Assembly: GCA_043228905.1 (NCBI GenBank)
Contig: JBHGNT010000012.1
Span: forward strand, 7,006,001-7,070,000
DNA: 64,000 bases
From: Azolla caroliniana
Lineage: Eukaryota; Plantae; Polypodiophyta
Direction: 5' to 3'
Position numbers and translations under genes: made by a program. The notes beneath the pieces were generated by a model that worked only from the letters and a program-made list of their open reading frames with translations, searched no databases and was not told the origin of the DNA. Positions 52,201-64,000 of the stretch are shown here, piece after piece; the first letter of the stretch is position 1; the number at the start of each line of letters is the position of its first letter.

Positions 52201-54824
52201 GGTTCTGATGGGGTAAGCCCACACCTTCCGAGTCGAGTCGTCAATGAAACTGACGAAGTACGAGGAACCACCGAGTGACTGATGTGGCATCGGGCCACAG
52301 ACGTCCGAGTGGACCAAATCGAGCGGGCTCGACTCTCTTGGTGCTGATGTCGGGTGTGATGCGGCTACCTGTTTGCCGTACTGACAATGCTCGCAAAACT
52401 GATGGTCCGAGAAGGAGAGTTTCGGGATGTATCCGGCTCTGGATAGGTGCGTGATGCCGGCCTTGCTGAGGTGTCCAAGTCGTCCATGCCATAAGGATGA
52501 CACAGGGATATCTACCAGAAATAAGTCACCCTCTCTGAGTGTGACATACAAAGGGTACAATGAGTGTACCTTTGGTCCTCTAGCAAGCAGGAGGTTCCCT
52601 TTGTGGAGTGTCCACCCTCCTGATGAGAAACCAGCACGGATGCTAGCTTCATCAAGTTGTCCGACTGAGATCAGGGGTCGTGAGAGCTCAGGAACGTGTC
52701 GGACGTTGTGTAATACGAGTGTAGAGCCACCCGGAAGGTTGAGCTCTACGGTGCCGATTCCGATGATAGCACAGTGCTGCGAATTTCCGACTCGAACTGA
52801 GTCGGAGTGCCGGTCCGAATATTGCCGAAACTGTGATCGGTGATACGACGCGCCCGAGTCCAGAAGCCATGTGATTGATTCCTCAGTCGTAAGTAGAACT
52901 TCTGAATCAACTGGATTCTCTATGGACAATATGTTTGGGTCGGTCGTCAATATCTCGGCTGAAGAGCCGACATAGTTGACTTCCTCATATCGGTTACTCC
53001 TCTGATCAGCTCTCTGAGCTTTGTCTGTCTTTGACTTGAGTACCCGACAGTCGGCCTTGATGTGTCCCGGTTTCTTGCAGTAGTTGCAGATTCGGGTTTC
53101 CCGGGACTTGCTGCGGCTTCGCTGATTTGTCGGCGGTCGGGAAGAACTTCTTCCCCGGTTGTTCGATCGGTCGGTTGAACCTTGTACTACATAGGCTTCT
53201 TCTACCGAGTCTTTGGTGAAAGACTTTCTCCGAGCTGCTTCAGTCAGGATTTCACTTGTGACTTCGGAGTACTTGATGGCAGTCGTAGAAGCGTTGCACA
53301 CAGTTGTAACGAAGGTTTCACAAGAGGAGGGGAGACTGCTCATGAGTATCATTGCTCTGAGTTCATCCTCGATTGTCGTCCCCTGTGACGAGATTTGGGA
53401 GCTCAAACTTTCGTACTCGTTAAGGTGTGCCTGAACCGAATCAGAGTCTTTCATCCACAGGTTGTAGAGGCGTCGGATCAAATACATCTTCGTTGAGGCG
53501 ACCTTCTTTTCGTAGGTTTCCGACAGCTTCTTCCAAAGTTCGAAGGCTGTCGTGCACGATTGCACTGTGAAGTACACTGACTCCGACAGGTGCATCCGAA
53601 TCGTGGCACGGACGATTCTGTCCAGCTTCTGCCACTCATTTGCCTTGTATATTTCTGGAGCAGTTTCATTCTCAATCGGATCGATCTGACCCTTGACTAT
53701 AAGATAGTCCTGCATTTGCTCCTTCCAAAAATTGAAGTTCGAACCGTCGAACCTCCTTAGACTCATTTCCGATGAGCCGGATGTTGATGCCATCAGATTC
53801 GGTTTCGGTTGACAAAGCTTGGTTTGGAGTTGACTACGAACCTTGTTGGAGTCTAGCCGATCGGCTCACCCGATATCGTTCTAGTTGGATTTGAACCCGA
53901 GTCGGTTCGGTTTCGGATATATGTATTGTTGAACTTGCTCGAATTGACTCCGGTAACTCGAGGGACAGAACCGATTGGTCTTCCCGAATGTTACCGAGTC
54001 GGAGTGAGCCCGGTTTGCTTCCGAATATATATGCCAAATACCGATTATTGAAACCGATTATCTGGACCAATTCTGCTTCGGGTGACTGCAGCGACGAGAC
54101 AGACGGATCCAATTGATCCTCTCGAATGTCGATCAGCCCGATGAAGCACGAATTGGGGTTGTTGTCTTGAGACCGATCTACACCGAGTGGTTACAACGAG
54201 CGGTGAGCAGCGTTCGGTGACCTGTTCGGATGCCGTTTAACCGAGTGGAGCACGATCATGTCAATGTTGCACAAGGGGATTTCACCTCGAGCGGTTACGA
54301 TCACGAGGAACAGAGTATAGCCGGCTGGCTTACTCCAAGCGAAGATGATCTAACGCGATGAGATGCAAGCCTCGTTTTTCTTCTTCTTCTCTCTTCTCTG
54401 TTTCTTCAAATACAAAACAAAAAAAAACAGAATGTTGTGATCCAAAGATTCGAATGGCGGCCGACAGCGGGATGAAGGAAATCCAAGCTCTGATACCAAA
54501 TGTAGGGAATGAACAAGGCCGTCAGTGCGGAAGAGATCACACAGTATGAATCTATGAGGAAGAAATGCCTGCGTATGAGAGAGGCAAGAACAAATTACGT
54601 ACAGAGAGGGAGAGAGAGAGAGAGGCACAAAGAATATATCTATATTCATAAAGGGGGCAACCATTACAACAATGAACAACCAACCTTTACAAAAGGTTAC
54701 AAAGTCACTTTATATAGTGACTCACTTAGGGCAACTGCCCTTTATGTTATTTACAGAAATAGCCCGAACTTGGGCTCTCTAAGAGGATAGTGTGAATACG
54801 TCCATTATACATTTGTATTCGACA
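49252..54824 (-). mobile_element. Element H: near-intact Ty1/Copia
   Basis: LTRs 49252-49585 and 54501-54824. TSD CCCTC at 49247-49251 and 54825-54829. PBS-Met 54487-54498, and PPT adjacent to 49586. Confidence 0.97.
49780..53793 (-). pseudogene. H gag-pol polyprotein with a single in-frame TGA (50695-50697)
   Basis: The 1032-aa and 304-aa ORFs are in frame and abut. Motifs CNYCKKPGHIKADC, WLLDSGASYH, LDLVHSDVCGP, IYMDDML and KHIEVRYHFVRD. Confidence 0.93.
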
Positions 54825-57800
54825 CCCTCGACCACGACCTCTACTTTGTCCATGTCCTCCATATTCTCTCTCCTTAGATGGTTTAGGGCAAGCATTCTTT
54901 AAATGACCAACTTCACCACAATTGTAGCATTTTCGATTTTCACTTCCGCTTGAATTTGACACCATTAGTGTCGAGCGTACCCCTGGAAGTTCAATGGTGT
55001 CATAGAGCAGCTTCATTCTACTCTCCTCCTATATCATAGTTGCAGTTGCCTTATCAAGTGTGGGAATTTCAGCCTTGGCTAGAAGAACTTCCCTTCTTTG
55101 ATCAAACGACGGGTTGAGATGTTTCAAAAAGTGCATGGTTCTTCTTTGAGCAGAAACCTCCTTGCTCTTACATTGAGGATCGTTGCACACTGTCATAGGC
55201 GAGAAATGTTCATATTCTGCCCATAAGCGCTCTAATTCTATGGCATATTCCTGAATCATCCTATCTCCATGCTAGATGACATCTATCTCTTGCTCGATTT
55301 GAAATACTATCACATTATTTCCCCTCCAGCATACGTCTTTTGCAATTTCTCCCAAATCTCCTTCACACTTAAATTCCATCAACAGTTGCGGCGATTGATT
55401 GAACCATGAAGTTGAGAAGTCGCGTATACAAAGACATGTGGGTAGCTTTCCATTCACTACTCATTTTAACAAGAGGTTCTTTCTCTTCTCCTATTAGGTA
55501 GCCATCAAGGTTTCTCCCTGCCAAGGAACCCGTAATCCGACACGACCAGCTCAAGTACGTGGTTGGTCCATCGAGTTTGAACTCAACTAGGAGTAGTTCA
55601 AGTCGAGGTTGTGTTTGTGTCCTTGTCACACCTCCAGATGCTACAATCTCATCCCGCGTCATTTATTTCACCAATGTTTTCACCTCATCCTCATTCAATT
55701 TTGAGAACACCTCGTTGATTTTCTCAACTTAGCCTATCGTTGCTCTCCTCTTCTGTCTTCTTTTCTCAAGTCTCCTCTCAATCACATAGGAATGTCATCC
55801 TAAAAGGAGAAGCCCACTTTCCTCTCTTGGATGCTAAGACAATGTTGTTCCGATCGTTGTCGTACCAACAAAGGGGTGGATTTATGCTCTGATACCAAAT
55901 AGAAAAGTGAGGAAGCACATTTGTTCAATAATATACATTGGTATGTCACAACAGGAGGGAGAAAATACAGAGATCGCTCATATTTACATGAGGAGAAAGT
56001 TTCTCTTTATAAAGGTCGAGATCGGACCGTTGGGCTAACTAGTTGTTGGCGTTGACTAGCCATTGGGCTAGCTATTATAACTTTTAACCATTCTCAACAA
56101 TATTTGAATAATCTTTGATGATCTTGCGATAAAAGTTTGTGAACCCCAAAAAAAATTGTACACCTCGCATAGACTGTGGTGTTTGCCAATTAAAAACGGT
56201 TTGAACCTTTGCTAGATCCATAGAGATGCCATTTGAAGAGACCATGTGCCCCAAAAATTCCATTTGACACTAGTCGAAACTACACTTCTCCAATTTTGCA
56301 TAGAGACCATATTCTCGTAACTGCTGCAAAGCTTGGAAAACATGTATATCATGCTCCTCTTGAGTTTTTGAGTAGATCAAGATATCATCAAGGTAAATAA
56401 ACTGTGATATCGAGGAAGTCCTGAAAAATGTCATTCACTATATGTTGAAAAACGGTTGGTGCATTCATGGGACCTAACATTTACCATATGTTGAAAAACT
56501 GTTGGTGCATTCGTGAGACCAAATGGCATCATTGTATACTCAAAATGGCCATAGCGAGTGCGGAATGCATCATCCCCATGACAAATTCAAACAAGGTTGT
56601 AGGCACCTCGAAGATCTAAGTTCGTGAAATATTTTGGTCCGCTGAGGGCGTTCCAGAAGGCTTGAGATTAATGGTAGAGCATATCGGTTTTGATTAGTCA
56701 CTTTATTTAATTCCCAATAATCCAGGACCATACGAAGCGAACGATCTTTCTTCTTAACGAAAAAGATGGGTGCACCAGCCAGAGATCTTGAATGTTGGAT
56801 ACAACCATTTTCTAGGTTCTCATCGATATATTCTTGAAGAACTTTTAACTCCATAGGCGAAAGGTTATAAATTGGCCCCCATGGAGCCTCTTTTTTTGGC
56901 TACAAATCAATCCGGCAATCTTATGGCTGATGCTCTAGTAGTGTATTGGCCTTTACCTTATCGAACACATCTGAGAATTCTGTATACTTATTTGGTAGTT
57001 GGAGCCCCAATTCTTGTGAGCTAGATGAGGGAGTTGCTAAAATCGCAAATACAGACATGTCTTCCTTCCTCACGTAATTGATGTATAGAGATTGTTGAAA
57101 TCTTGTGGAATCCCAGACCCCTTGTTGGAGTTTTAATAGACTCGGACTATACCATGACCTTTTCAATAGTTCTTTTTCTCCAATCAATACTTGGGTTATG
57201 TAGCTCAAACCATGGAAGACCGAGAACTAGGGAGTGCTCTGGACTACTAATGATGTTGAATGAGATGACATTGGCCAAATTGCCTAGGAATACATGAATT
57301 TGTTCAGACTCTTCAACTATATCACTGTATGCTATGGGGTGTCCATCAATGACTCCAACAGACACTGGGTTTGGGAGTTAATGCAACTTGATACTATGAA
57401 TTATAGCAAAGTCATGATCCATGAAACAAGAGTTGGCTCCAAAATCTAAGAGGGAAAAAGTTGAGACTCAATGACACCTAGATGTGGTAAGCTCAACTTC
57501 TGTGCAGAAAACTCAACTAACTTGCCTGATGCAATGGAACCACTACTAGGGACATACAGTATATGCCTAGGACTATCCAACCAAATGGCTCCTATTTTGG
57601 TCGGACTTACCCATTTACCCCATCTTTGAATTGGCCCAAGACATCAAATGTATTTTTATGACAGGGGTTACTAGGCCTATTTAGGTTACGTGAAGACAAG
57701 GCAAAAATTGAAATGGGGTTGTCATGGGCACTTGGTTAACTTGTCATCTTGGTTTATGTGGACAATTCACAACTATATGTCCTAGACCACCACAATATAG

Positions 57801-60800
57801 GTATAGACGATTCGCTCGACGTCGTTGCTTATCAGCACCCAATAATGGTCCTCCGTGTCATGTTGTCTCGATTTCCATCGAAGTAGGGCCTTCCATCAAA
57901 CTAGGCTTTGACACTTGTTTTTTTTCTTATCAAGCCTAACATTTGTTGGCGTTCAGAACATTGTTCAAATAAAAATTGTCACAGCACACGTCCCAACTTA
58001 TTGCTTCAGTAAGAGATTTTAGATCATCAGGGAAGTTAAGAAGTAAATCCTTCACGTCGTTGCGCAGACCTTTATGAAATTAGTTCATTAGTGTAGCCTC
58101 ATCCCATGGAATATCACATGCCAAGAGGCGAAAATCTATATTGTAAGCAAAAGTAGGTGTCAGGAATAGTACTAAAGCAGAGATGGAATTAGTACTAAGA
58201 AGAGTAGTACTATTAGTACTAAGAGGATGGGACTGCGTATTATTCCCGAGAGAGAGAAAGTGAGAAGAGTAGAGAGAGAGATAAGATAATGACAGCAGCT
58301 CTTATATTATATGAAAGATAAGTACAAATCGGCTAAGAGGCTTAAGACTGGTGTTGAACCAATTTGGTTCAACATAATGCCTAGTGCTCTCTTTTATAGT
58401 GTTCTCAGGAATAATCCTGAAGCTTCTAGAATGTTCCAAAGAGATCTGGAATATACATCAATTTTCTATGATAACACATAAATGAAAATAATATCCTACG
58501 TATTACAATTCATAGTTTAATGGTAAGAGCTCGACCCATGTAGCATAAGGTCATGGGTTCGAGTCTTGCCATATCATGACACTATCTCTCCCTTAAAGAC
58601 GACGAGTGGAACGAGTCGGCGCTGATTGTGGACCGGGTTTGTCCGGATACTTTCGGTGAAAATCAGCAAGAAGATCCTGAGCATTGGCAACATGCTCGGA
58701 CTATAACCGAGCCAATCGACCAAGTAATAAAGTTTGTTGCGAACAAGTTTGGAATCGAGGATGGCAGCAACTTCATACTCCGTGCCGGCGTCCAACTCCA
58801 GCGGGGGCGGCGATGGTGTCACACGATCGGGAATGGTGTTGGCTTTATAAGGTTCCAGAAGAGAACAATGGAAAACCGGATGTATCTGAAGCTGCGGAGG
58901 GAGATCAAGGCGGAAGGTAACATCATTAATCTTACCCGTAATACGGAAGGGACCGAGTCGTCGATAATCCAACTTGTCGCACGGTCGAGTAGTCTTGACG
59001 TGACGACGTAAGAGCCATACTCGATCTCCGATGGCAAAAGAGGAGGGAATCCGATGACGATCCGCATAAGTCTTCTGTGTGTGTTGAGCATGACGAAGGT
59101 GAGTAGAGAGATCCATCTGGATCTTACGTAGCCTCTCCAAATGATCCTCGGCACGAGGGTTGGTAGGTAGCTCCGGAGTGTCGATCACCGACCAACGAGG
59201 ATGGAAACCGGTATAAGCGAAAAATGGGGAGACCTGAGTCGAGGAGTGAATAGCATTATTATACGCAAACTCCGCAAAGTGGAGAATCTCGGCCCAATCG
59301 TCCTGTTGATAACTCAGGAAACACTGGAGATATTGCTCCAGCGTTTGGTTTGTTCGTTCCGCCTGCCCATCGGTCTGAGGATGGTAGCTGGAGGAGAGGT
59401 TGCAGGAGACCTTGAGCATCTTGAAGAGATGCTACCAAAATTTGGAGACAAATTGCGGGCCTCGGTCACTGATAATACTGTCTGGGAGGCCATGATGCCG
59501 AAATACCTCACGCATAACAAGAGCGGCGGTTTCCTTGCTAGTGATGGCTTTAGTACATGGCACAAAATGTGTCATCTTCGTATATCGATCGACGACGGTT
59601 AGGATAGCATCGAACCCCTTCGAGACCGGCAGATCTATGATAAAATCAAGACAAATAGACTGTCACGGCTTACTTGGAATCGGTAAGGGTTCCAACAAGC
59701 CATATGGATGGTGTCGTGGCATCTTTGCTTGGCAGCAAGCATCACAGGTCCGAACGTAGTCGTCGACAAAACGGCGCATTTGGGGCCACCAAAAGGATTG
59801 TTGCACTAGCTCCAACATCTTAGTACTACCGAAATGTCCCGCCGTATGGGTGTCGTGACAATGTTGGACGATTTGAAGGCGACAGGAGCAATCAGGGACA
59901 TATACGCGCTTTTTAAAGAATAACAAACCATCATGATATTCGAATTGTCGGTAGTCAATACCTGGTTGTTGAGACTGAGAACAGGATGCCCGAGAAGTAT
60001 CAATGTGCGCCAGGATGTCTTGAGCAAAACTATCCGTCTTCAAGGTTGCACGTATGTCATCGGTAATCCGTGAATCCATCGGGGTGTGAAAAATCCGCGT
60101 TGTGTGTAATCGTGTTGGTCCCAAGATTACTTGCTTTTGATTATCAAATGTTGCGTCACCAGGACGAGGTGCAAGATATGAACGCCATGATAGTGCATCT
60201 GCTTTTCTTGCTGCTTCCCCGGTCGATATGTGATTTTGAAGTCGAAACGCGTGAGGAATTGCGCCCACCGAGCTTGCCGTCGATTCAGTACGCGAGCGTT
60301 CTGAAAATAAGCAATATTTTAATGATCGCTAAAGACAATGACCTGATGTGGAGAGCCCTCTAAGAAATGCCGCCATTGCACAAATGAATCCACGATGGCT
60401 AATAACTCCTTGTCATGTATTTCGTAGTTGATTTCTGCGTCATCGAATTTGCACGAATGGAAAGCCACCGGATGCAACTCTTCTTTATCGCCTTGTTGAG
60501 AAAGGATGCTACTGAGGGTGAAATATGATGCGTCGGCCTCCATGATGAATGGTTTGCTTGTATCCACATGAGCTAGAATCGGTGTTGATGTAAAGGCTTT
60601 CTTAAGATGCCGAAAAGCCATATCTGCTTCTATGGACCAAAGAAATGCTTGGCCCTTCTTCGTAAGTTGTGTGAGAGGTAAAATAATCTTCGAGTAATCC
60701 TGTATAAACTTACGGTAGAAGTTAGCAAAACCTAGTAAACATTGTACATCTCGTACCGACCGTGGAATTTGCCACTCTAGTACAGTTTGGATTTTAGCTG

Positions 60801-63355
60801 GATCCATGGTGATGCCCTTTGAGGAGATGACGTAGCCTAGAAATTCCACTTGCTTACAGTCAAAGCTACATTTTTCTAGCTTGGCATAAAGACCATTCTC
60901 GCGGAGTCACTTTAGTACTAATAGTACATGAGAATCGTGCTTTTCCTGGGTCTTCGAATAAATCAATAGATCATCCAGATAAATGATCAAACAGATATCC
61001 AAGAGGTCTCTGAATATATCATTTGCCATGTGTTGGAAGACTGCGGGTGCATTGGTTAGGCCAAACGGCATAACAGTATACTCGAAATGCCCATACCGAG
61101 TGCGAAAGGCGGTCTTCCACTCATCTCCCGATCGGATCCGCACGAGGTTATACGCTCCTCGTAGGTCGATTTTAGTAAAAAACTTGGCACCATTAACTCG
61201 CTCTAAAAGACTTGATATAAGAGGAAGTGCATACCTATTCCAGATGGTGACTTTATTCAATCCGCGGTAATCAACGACAAGACGAAGTGAGCCATCTTTC
61301 TTCTTGACAAAGAAGATGGGTGCACCGGCCGGAGATTTCGAATGGCGGATGAACCCGCTTGCCAAGTTCTCCTCTATGTAGGCTCGAAGGACTTCTAACT
61401 CGGTGGGTGACAAGTTGTAAATTGGTCCCCATGGTGGCTCGGTTCCTAGTTGTAAATCGATGGGACAGTCATAGGGACGGTGATGAGGAAGGGTACCGAC
61501 TTTTACCTTGTCAAATACATCGGCATAAGGATGATATTTTGCTGGAAGTTGTACTGAGGAGTCCTTCTTAATAGTGCTGGAAGGATGTACTGATATTGCA
61601 AATAGGAACATTGCCTCCTTGGGTCCTTCTTCGCGTAGTTGATGGAGTGAAATGGTCGAAACTTGGTGAGTTGATTCTGGGGGTGGTCAATATCAGACTT
61701 CTCTTGTTCTCCAATCTATGGCTGGATTATGTAATTCAAACGAAGGTAATCCTAGGACAATGGGATGCTCTGGACTACTAATTATATTAAATGATATTAC
61801 ACACACAAAACTACCTAGGACAACTTGAATGGGTTCTGATTCTTCTACAATATTCCCGGAAGCAATGGGACGACCATCAATGACTACTACAGATGCGGGA
61901 CAAGGAAGTTTTCTTAAGGATATCTGAGAAGCTTGGGCAAAATTTCGATCCATGAAACAGGAATTAGCTCCGGAATCTAAAAGTGCTAGGACGGGTACTG
62001 GGGGAGTACTTTTAGTACTAACAATGACTTGGGCTAGGAACACATTGCTAACTTGCTTGGAAGGAATGGAACCACTAATGGGCTGTACAGATCTAGGGTT
62101 GTTGTCCAACCAAACGGCTCCTATTTTGGCTAGACTCAATCGTTTAACTCTTCATCTAATTGACTAAGGATTTCAAATTTATTTGAGATACTTGGGCTAT
62201 TAGTACTATGAATACTATCAAACACTCTATTAGTACTATTAATACTATCAGACACTCCTAAGGGAAGAATTGACTCGGGTTTAGTACAAGCTACAATTTG
62301 ATTTACCTATCTTCTTGGCCTATGGGGACAATTGATTGCGATATGCCCTGGTCCACCGCAATAAAGACATAATCGATTTGCACGTCGTCGTTGCTTTTCT
62401 TCTTCCGATAACGGGCCGCGTCGACGCATGGTATCGATCTCCATCGGTGTCGAAGTATTTTCTTGAGGTATGTCTCGTGCAAACGGTCTAGCCGCGACTG
62501 CGGCGTAAGTGGGCTCCGGCCTAGCGCGTGGTATCTGTAATTGACGTTCCGAACGCCGTTCGAAGAGGCGGTTGTCACATCGGACTGCTCAACTGATTGC
62601 CTCCGTAAGAGACTTTGGTTCTTCGGGGAAGGTTAGAAGTAGATCTTTGACATCATTTCCCAGGCCATAGCGAAACTGCTCCATTAGCGCTTGATCATCC
62701 TAGGGTATGTCGGAAGCGAGTAGGCGGAAATCCGCCGCGTAGGCAGAGGCTGGACGATCGCCTTGACGCAATCGCCGGATCTTGTTGATCGCCGTCCTGA
62801 TGCTGTCGGTGTCTCCAAAGCAGGCTTTGAACTCACTAATAAAATCTTCAAAGTTATTAAGCAAGGGCGATTGTTTTTTTAGAAGCGGAGCGAACCATGC
62901 TAAGGCTGAGCCGCTAAGCAACGTGCCTATTAAGCCGACTCGGGATGCATCAGTGGGGTATCGGGAAGGATGCATTTGGAGGACTAATCGTACCTGATTA
63001 AGGAATCCCCTGAATTGCGATCGCGTTCCATCAAATTTCACAGGAAGTCCAATCTTCGGCTCTTTATGAAATCCTTGGGGACTTGATCCTTGTTGTTGCA
63101 ATGCAGCTTCGAGTTGTTGCACTCGTAACGCTAACTCCCCATGTTGTTGCTGCGTTTGTTGCTTTTCTAGAGCGATTTGTTGCAGATCCCCTATCAGCCG
63201 TTGGTTTTCTTGTTCCAGGGCAACAAACTTTTCTTTTAGGCACTGTAACTCGGAGAAAACGGATTGATATTCATGGGCGCTAACAGTAGCCATAGTAGAG
63301 GGAAAAAGGTAGGAGGATGAGGGAGAACGACAAGTAGGCTGGAGGAAAGAGGAAA

Positions 63356-63367
63356 AAATTGGTTCAA
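63356..63367 (-). promoter_or_regulatory. Non-tRNA (self-complementary) primer-binding site
   Basis: TTGAACCAATTT lies 2 nt after the 5' LTR and is perfectly complementary to AAATTGGTTCAA at 63579-63568 within the LTR. Confidence 0.8.
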
Positions 63368-63726
63368 ACTGTCAAGAATAGTACTAAAGCAGAGATGGAA
63401 TTAGTACTAAGAAGAGTAGTACTATTAGTACTAAGAGGATGGGACTGCGTATTATTCCCGAGAGAGAGAAAGTGAGAAGAGTAGAGAGAGAGAGATAAGA
63501 TGATGACAGCAGCTCTTATATTATATGAAAGATAAGTACAAATCGGCTAAGAGGCTTAAGACTAGTGTTGAACCAATTTGGTTCAACATAATGCCTAGTG
63601 CCCTCTTTTATAGTGTTCTCAGGAATAATCCTGAAGCTTCTAGAATGTTCCAGAGAGATCTGGAATATACATCAATTTTCTATGATAATACATAAATGAA
63701 AATAATATCCTACGTATTACAATTCA

Positions 63727-63780
63727 TGGTCTAATGGTAAGAGCTCGACCCATGTAGCATAAGGTCATGGGTTCGAGTCT
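63727..63780 (+). promoter_or_regulatory. tRNA-type Pol III A-box/B-box module in chromovirus U3 (second copy at 58513-58566)
   Basis: TGGTCTAATGG at 63727 and GGTTCGAGTCT at 63770, with starts 43 nt apart. Confidence 0.65.
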
Positions 63781-64000
63781 TGCCATATCATGACAGTAGG
63801 ACGATCTCCTTGTCGTAATCCTCGAATTTTATTTATTATTGTCCTCATGCTATGAGTGTATCCAAATCTAGCTTCAAAATCCTTTATAAAATCCTTCAAA
63901 ATCTTCTAATAATGGTGAGTGCTTCTCCAAGAGTGGTGCAAACCATGTTAATGCAGTACTAGTTAACAAGGTACCAACCAGTCCCACACGAGCAACATTG

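Larger units (their letters stand above)
42010..56099 (-). mobile_element. Element G: degenerate Ty1/Copia (Ale-like, short LTR ~55900-56099). It hosts B3 and H and lacks RT and the 3' LTR.
   Basis: PBS-Met at 55886-55897 (minus). Gag KLDGPTTYLSWS and CYNCGEVGHLKNAC, protease WTIDSGASRHVMG (48749-49210), and integrase LRSNNGTEY, QNGVAERK and LINRMPSRVL (42269-43331). Confidence 0.87.
58158..63795 (-). mobile_element. Full-length chromovirus (Ty3/Gypsy, Tcn1-like) with chromodomain
   Basis: LTRs 58158-58581 and 63370-63795. TSD GTAGG at 58153-58157 and 63796-63800. PPT 58582-58595. Gag from 63293, PR ALLDSGANS, RT YLDDLL, RH EADAS, and INT followed by the chromodomain EYEVAAILDSKLVRNKLYYLVDWLGY. 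Confidence 0.96.
56100..64000 (-). mobile_element. Old degenerate Tcn1-like Gypsy (56100-58157 plus 63801-64000+), host of the young chromovirus and of G
   Basis: Gag IRGLRQGDRP|...DFRLLACDIPW, protease region FNIISSPEHSLVLGLPW, and [14 protein letters not shown], with many frameshifts. Confidence 0.85.

Noticed and set aside
63720-63790. Functional tRNA genes at the A/B-box modules
   Set aside because: I could not build acceptor, anticodon and T stems consistently. They are reported as promoter-like modules instead.

Overview
This is land-plant nuclear DNA, most likely from a fern or other non-seed plant (inferred from the PLS-type PPR fragment, Tcn1-like chromoviruses and a tRNA-Trp-primed non-chromovirus Gypsy). 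Bases 1-14,000 are AT-rich and contain a PPR pseudogene fragment, one intact small conserved gene (6953-7294, minus strand, probable 5'UTR intron), microsatellites and short tandem duplications. Bases 14,000-64,000 are a deeply nested pile of about 13 LTR retrotransposons or fragments (Ty1/Copia and Ty3/Gypsy), with most LTRs, TSDs, PBSs and PPTs resolvable by eye. The main signals are: (1) tRNA-type RNA Pol III A-box/B-box modules in the U3 of LTRs from two distant Gypsy lineages, always antisense to the element; (2) a chromovirus with a self-complementary (Tf1-type self-priming) PBS; (3) two probable -1 ribosomal frameshift cassettes, one placed between protease and RT; (4) a pol-less tRNA-Trp-primed LTR element carrying a 454-aa acidic Cys/His repeat ORF; (5) one junction near 26,693 that explains six truncated elements. 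Coordinates were read by hand and may be off by a few bases. No database searches were run.
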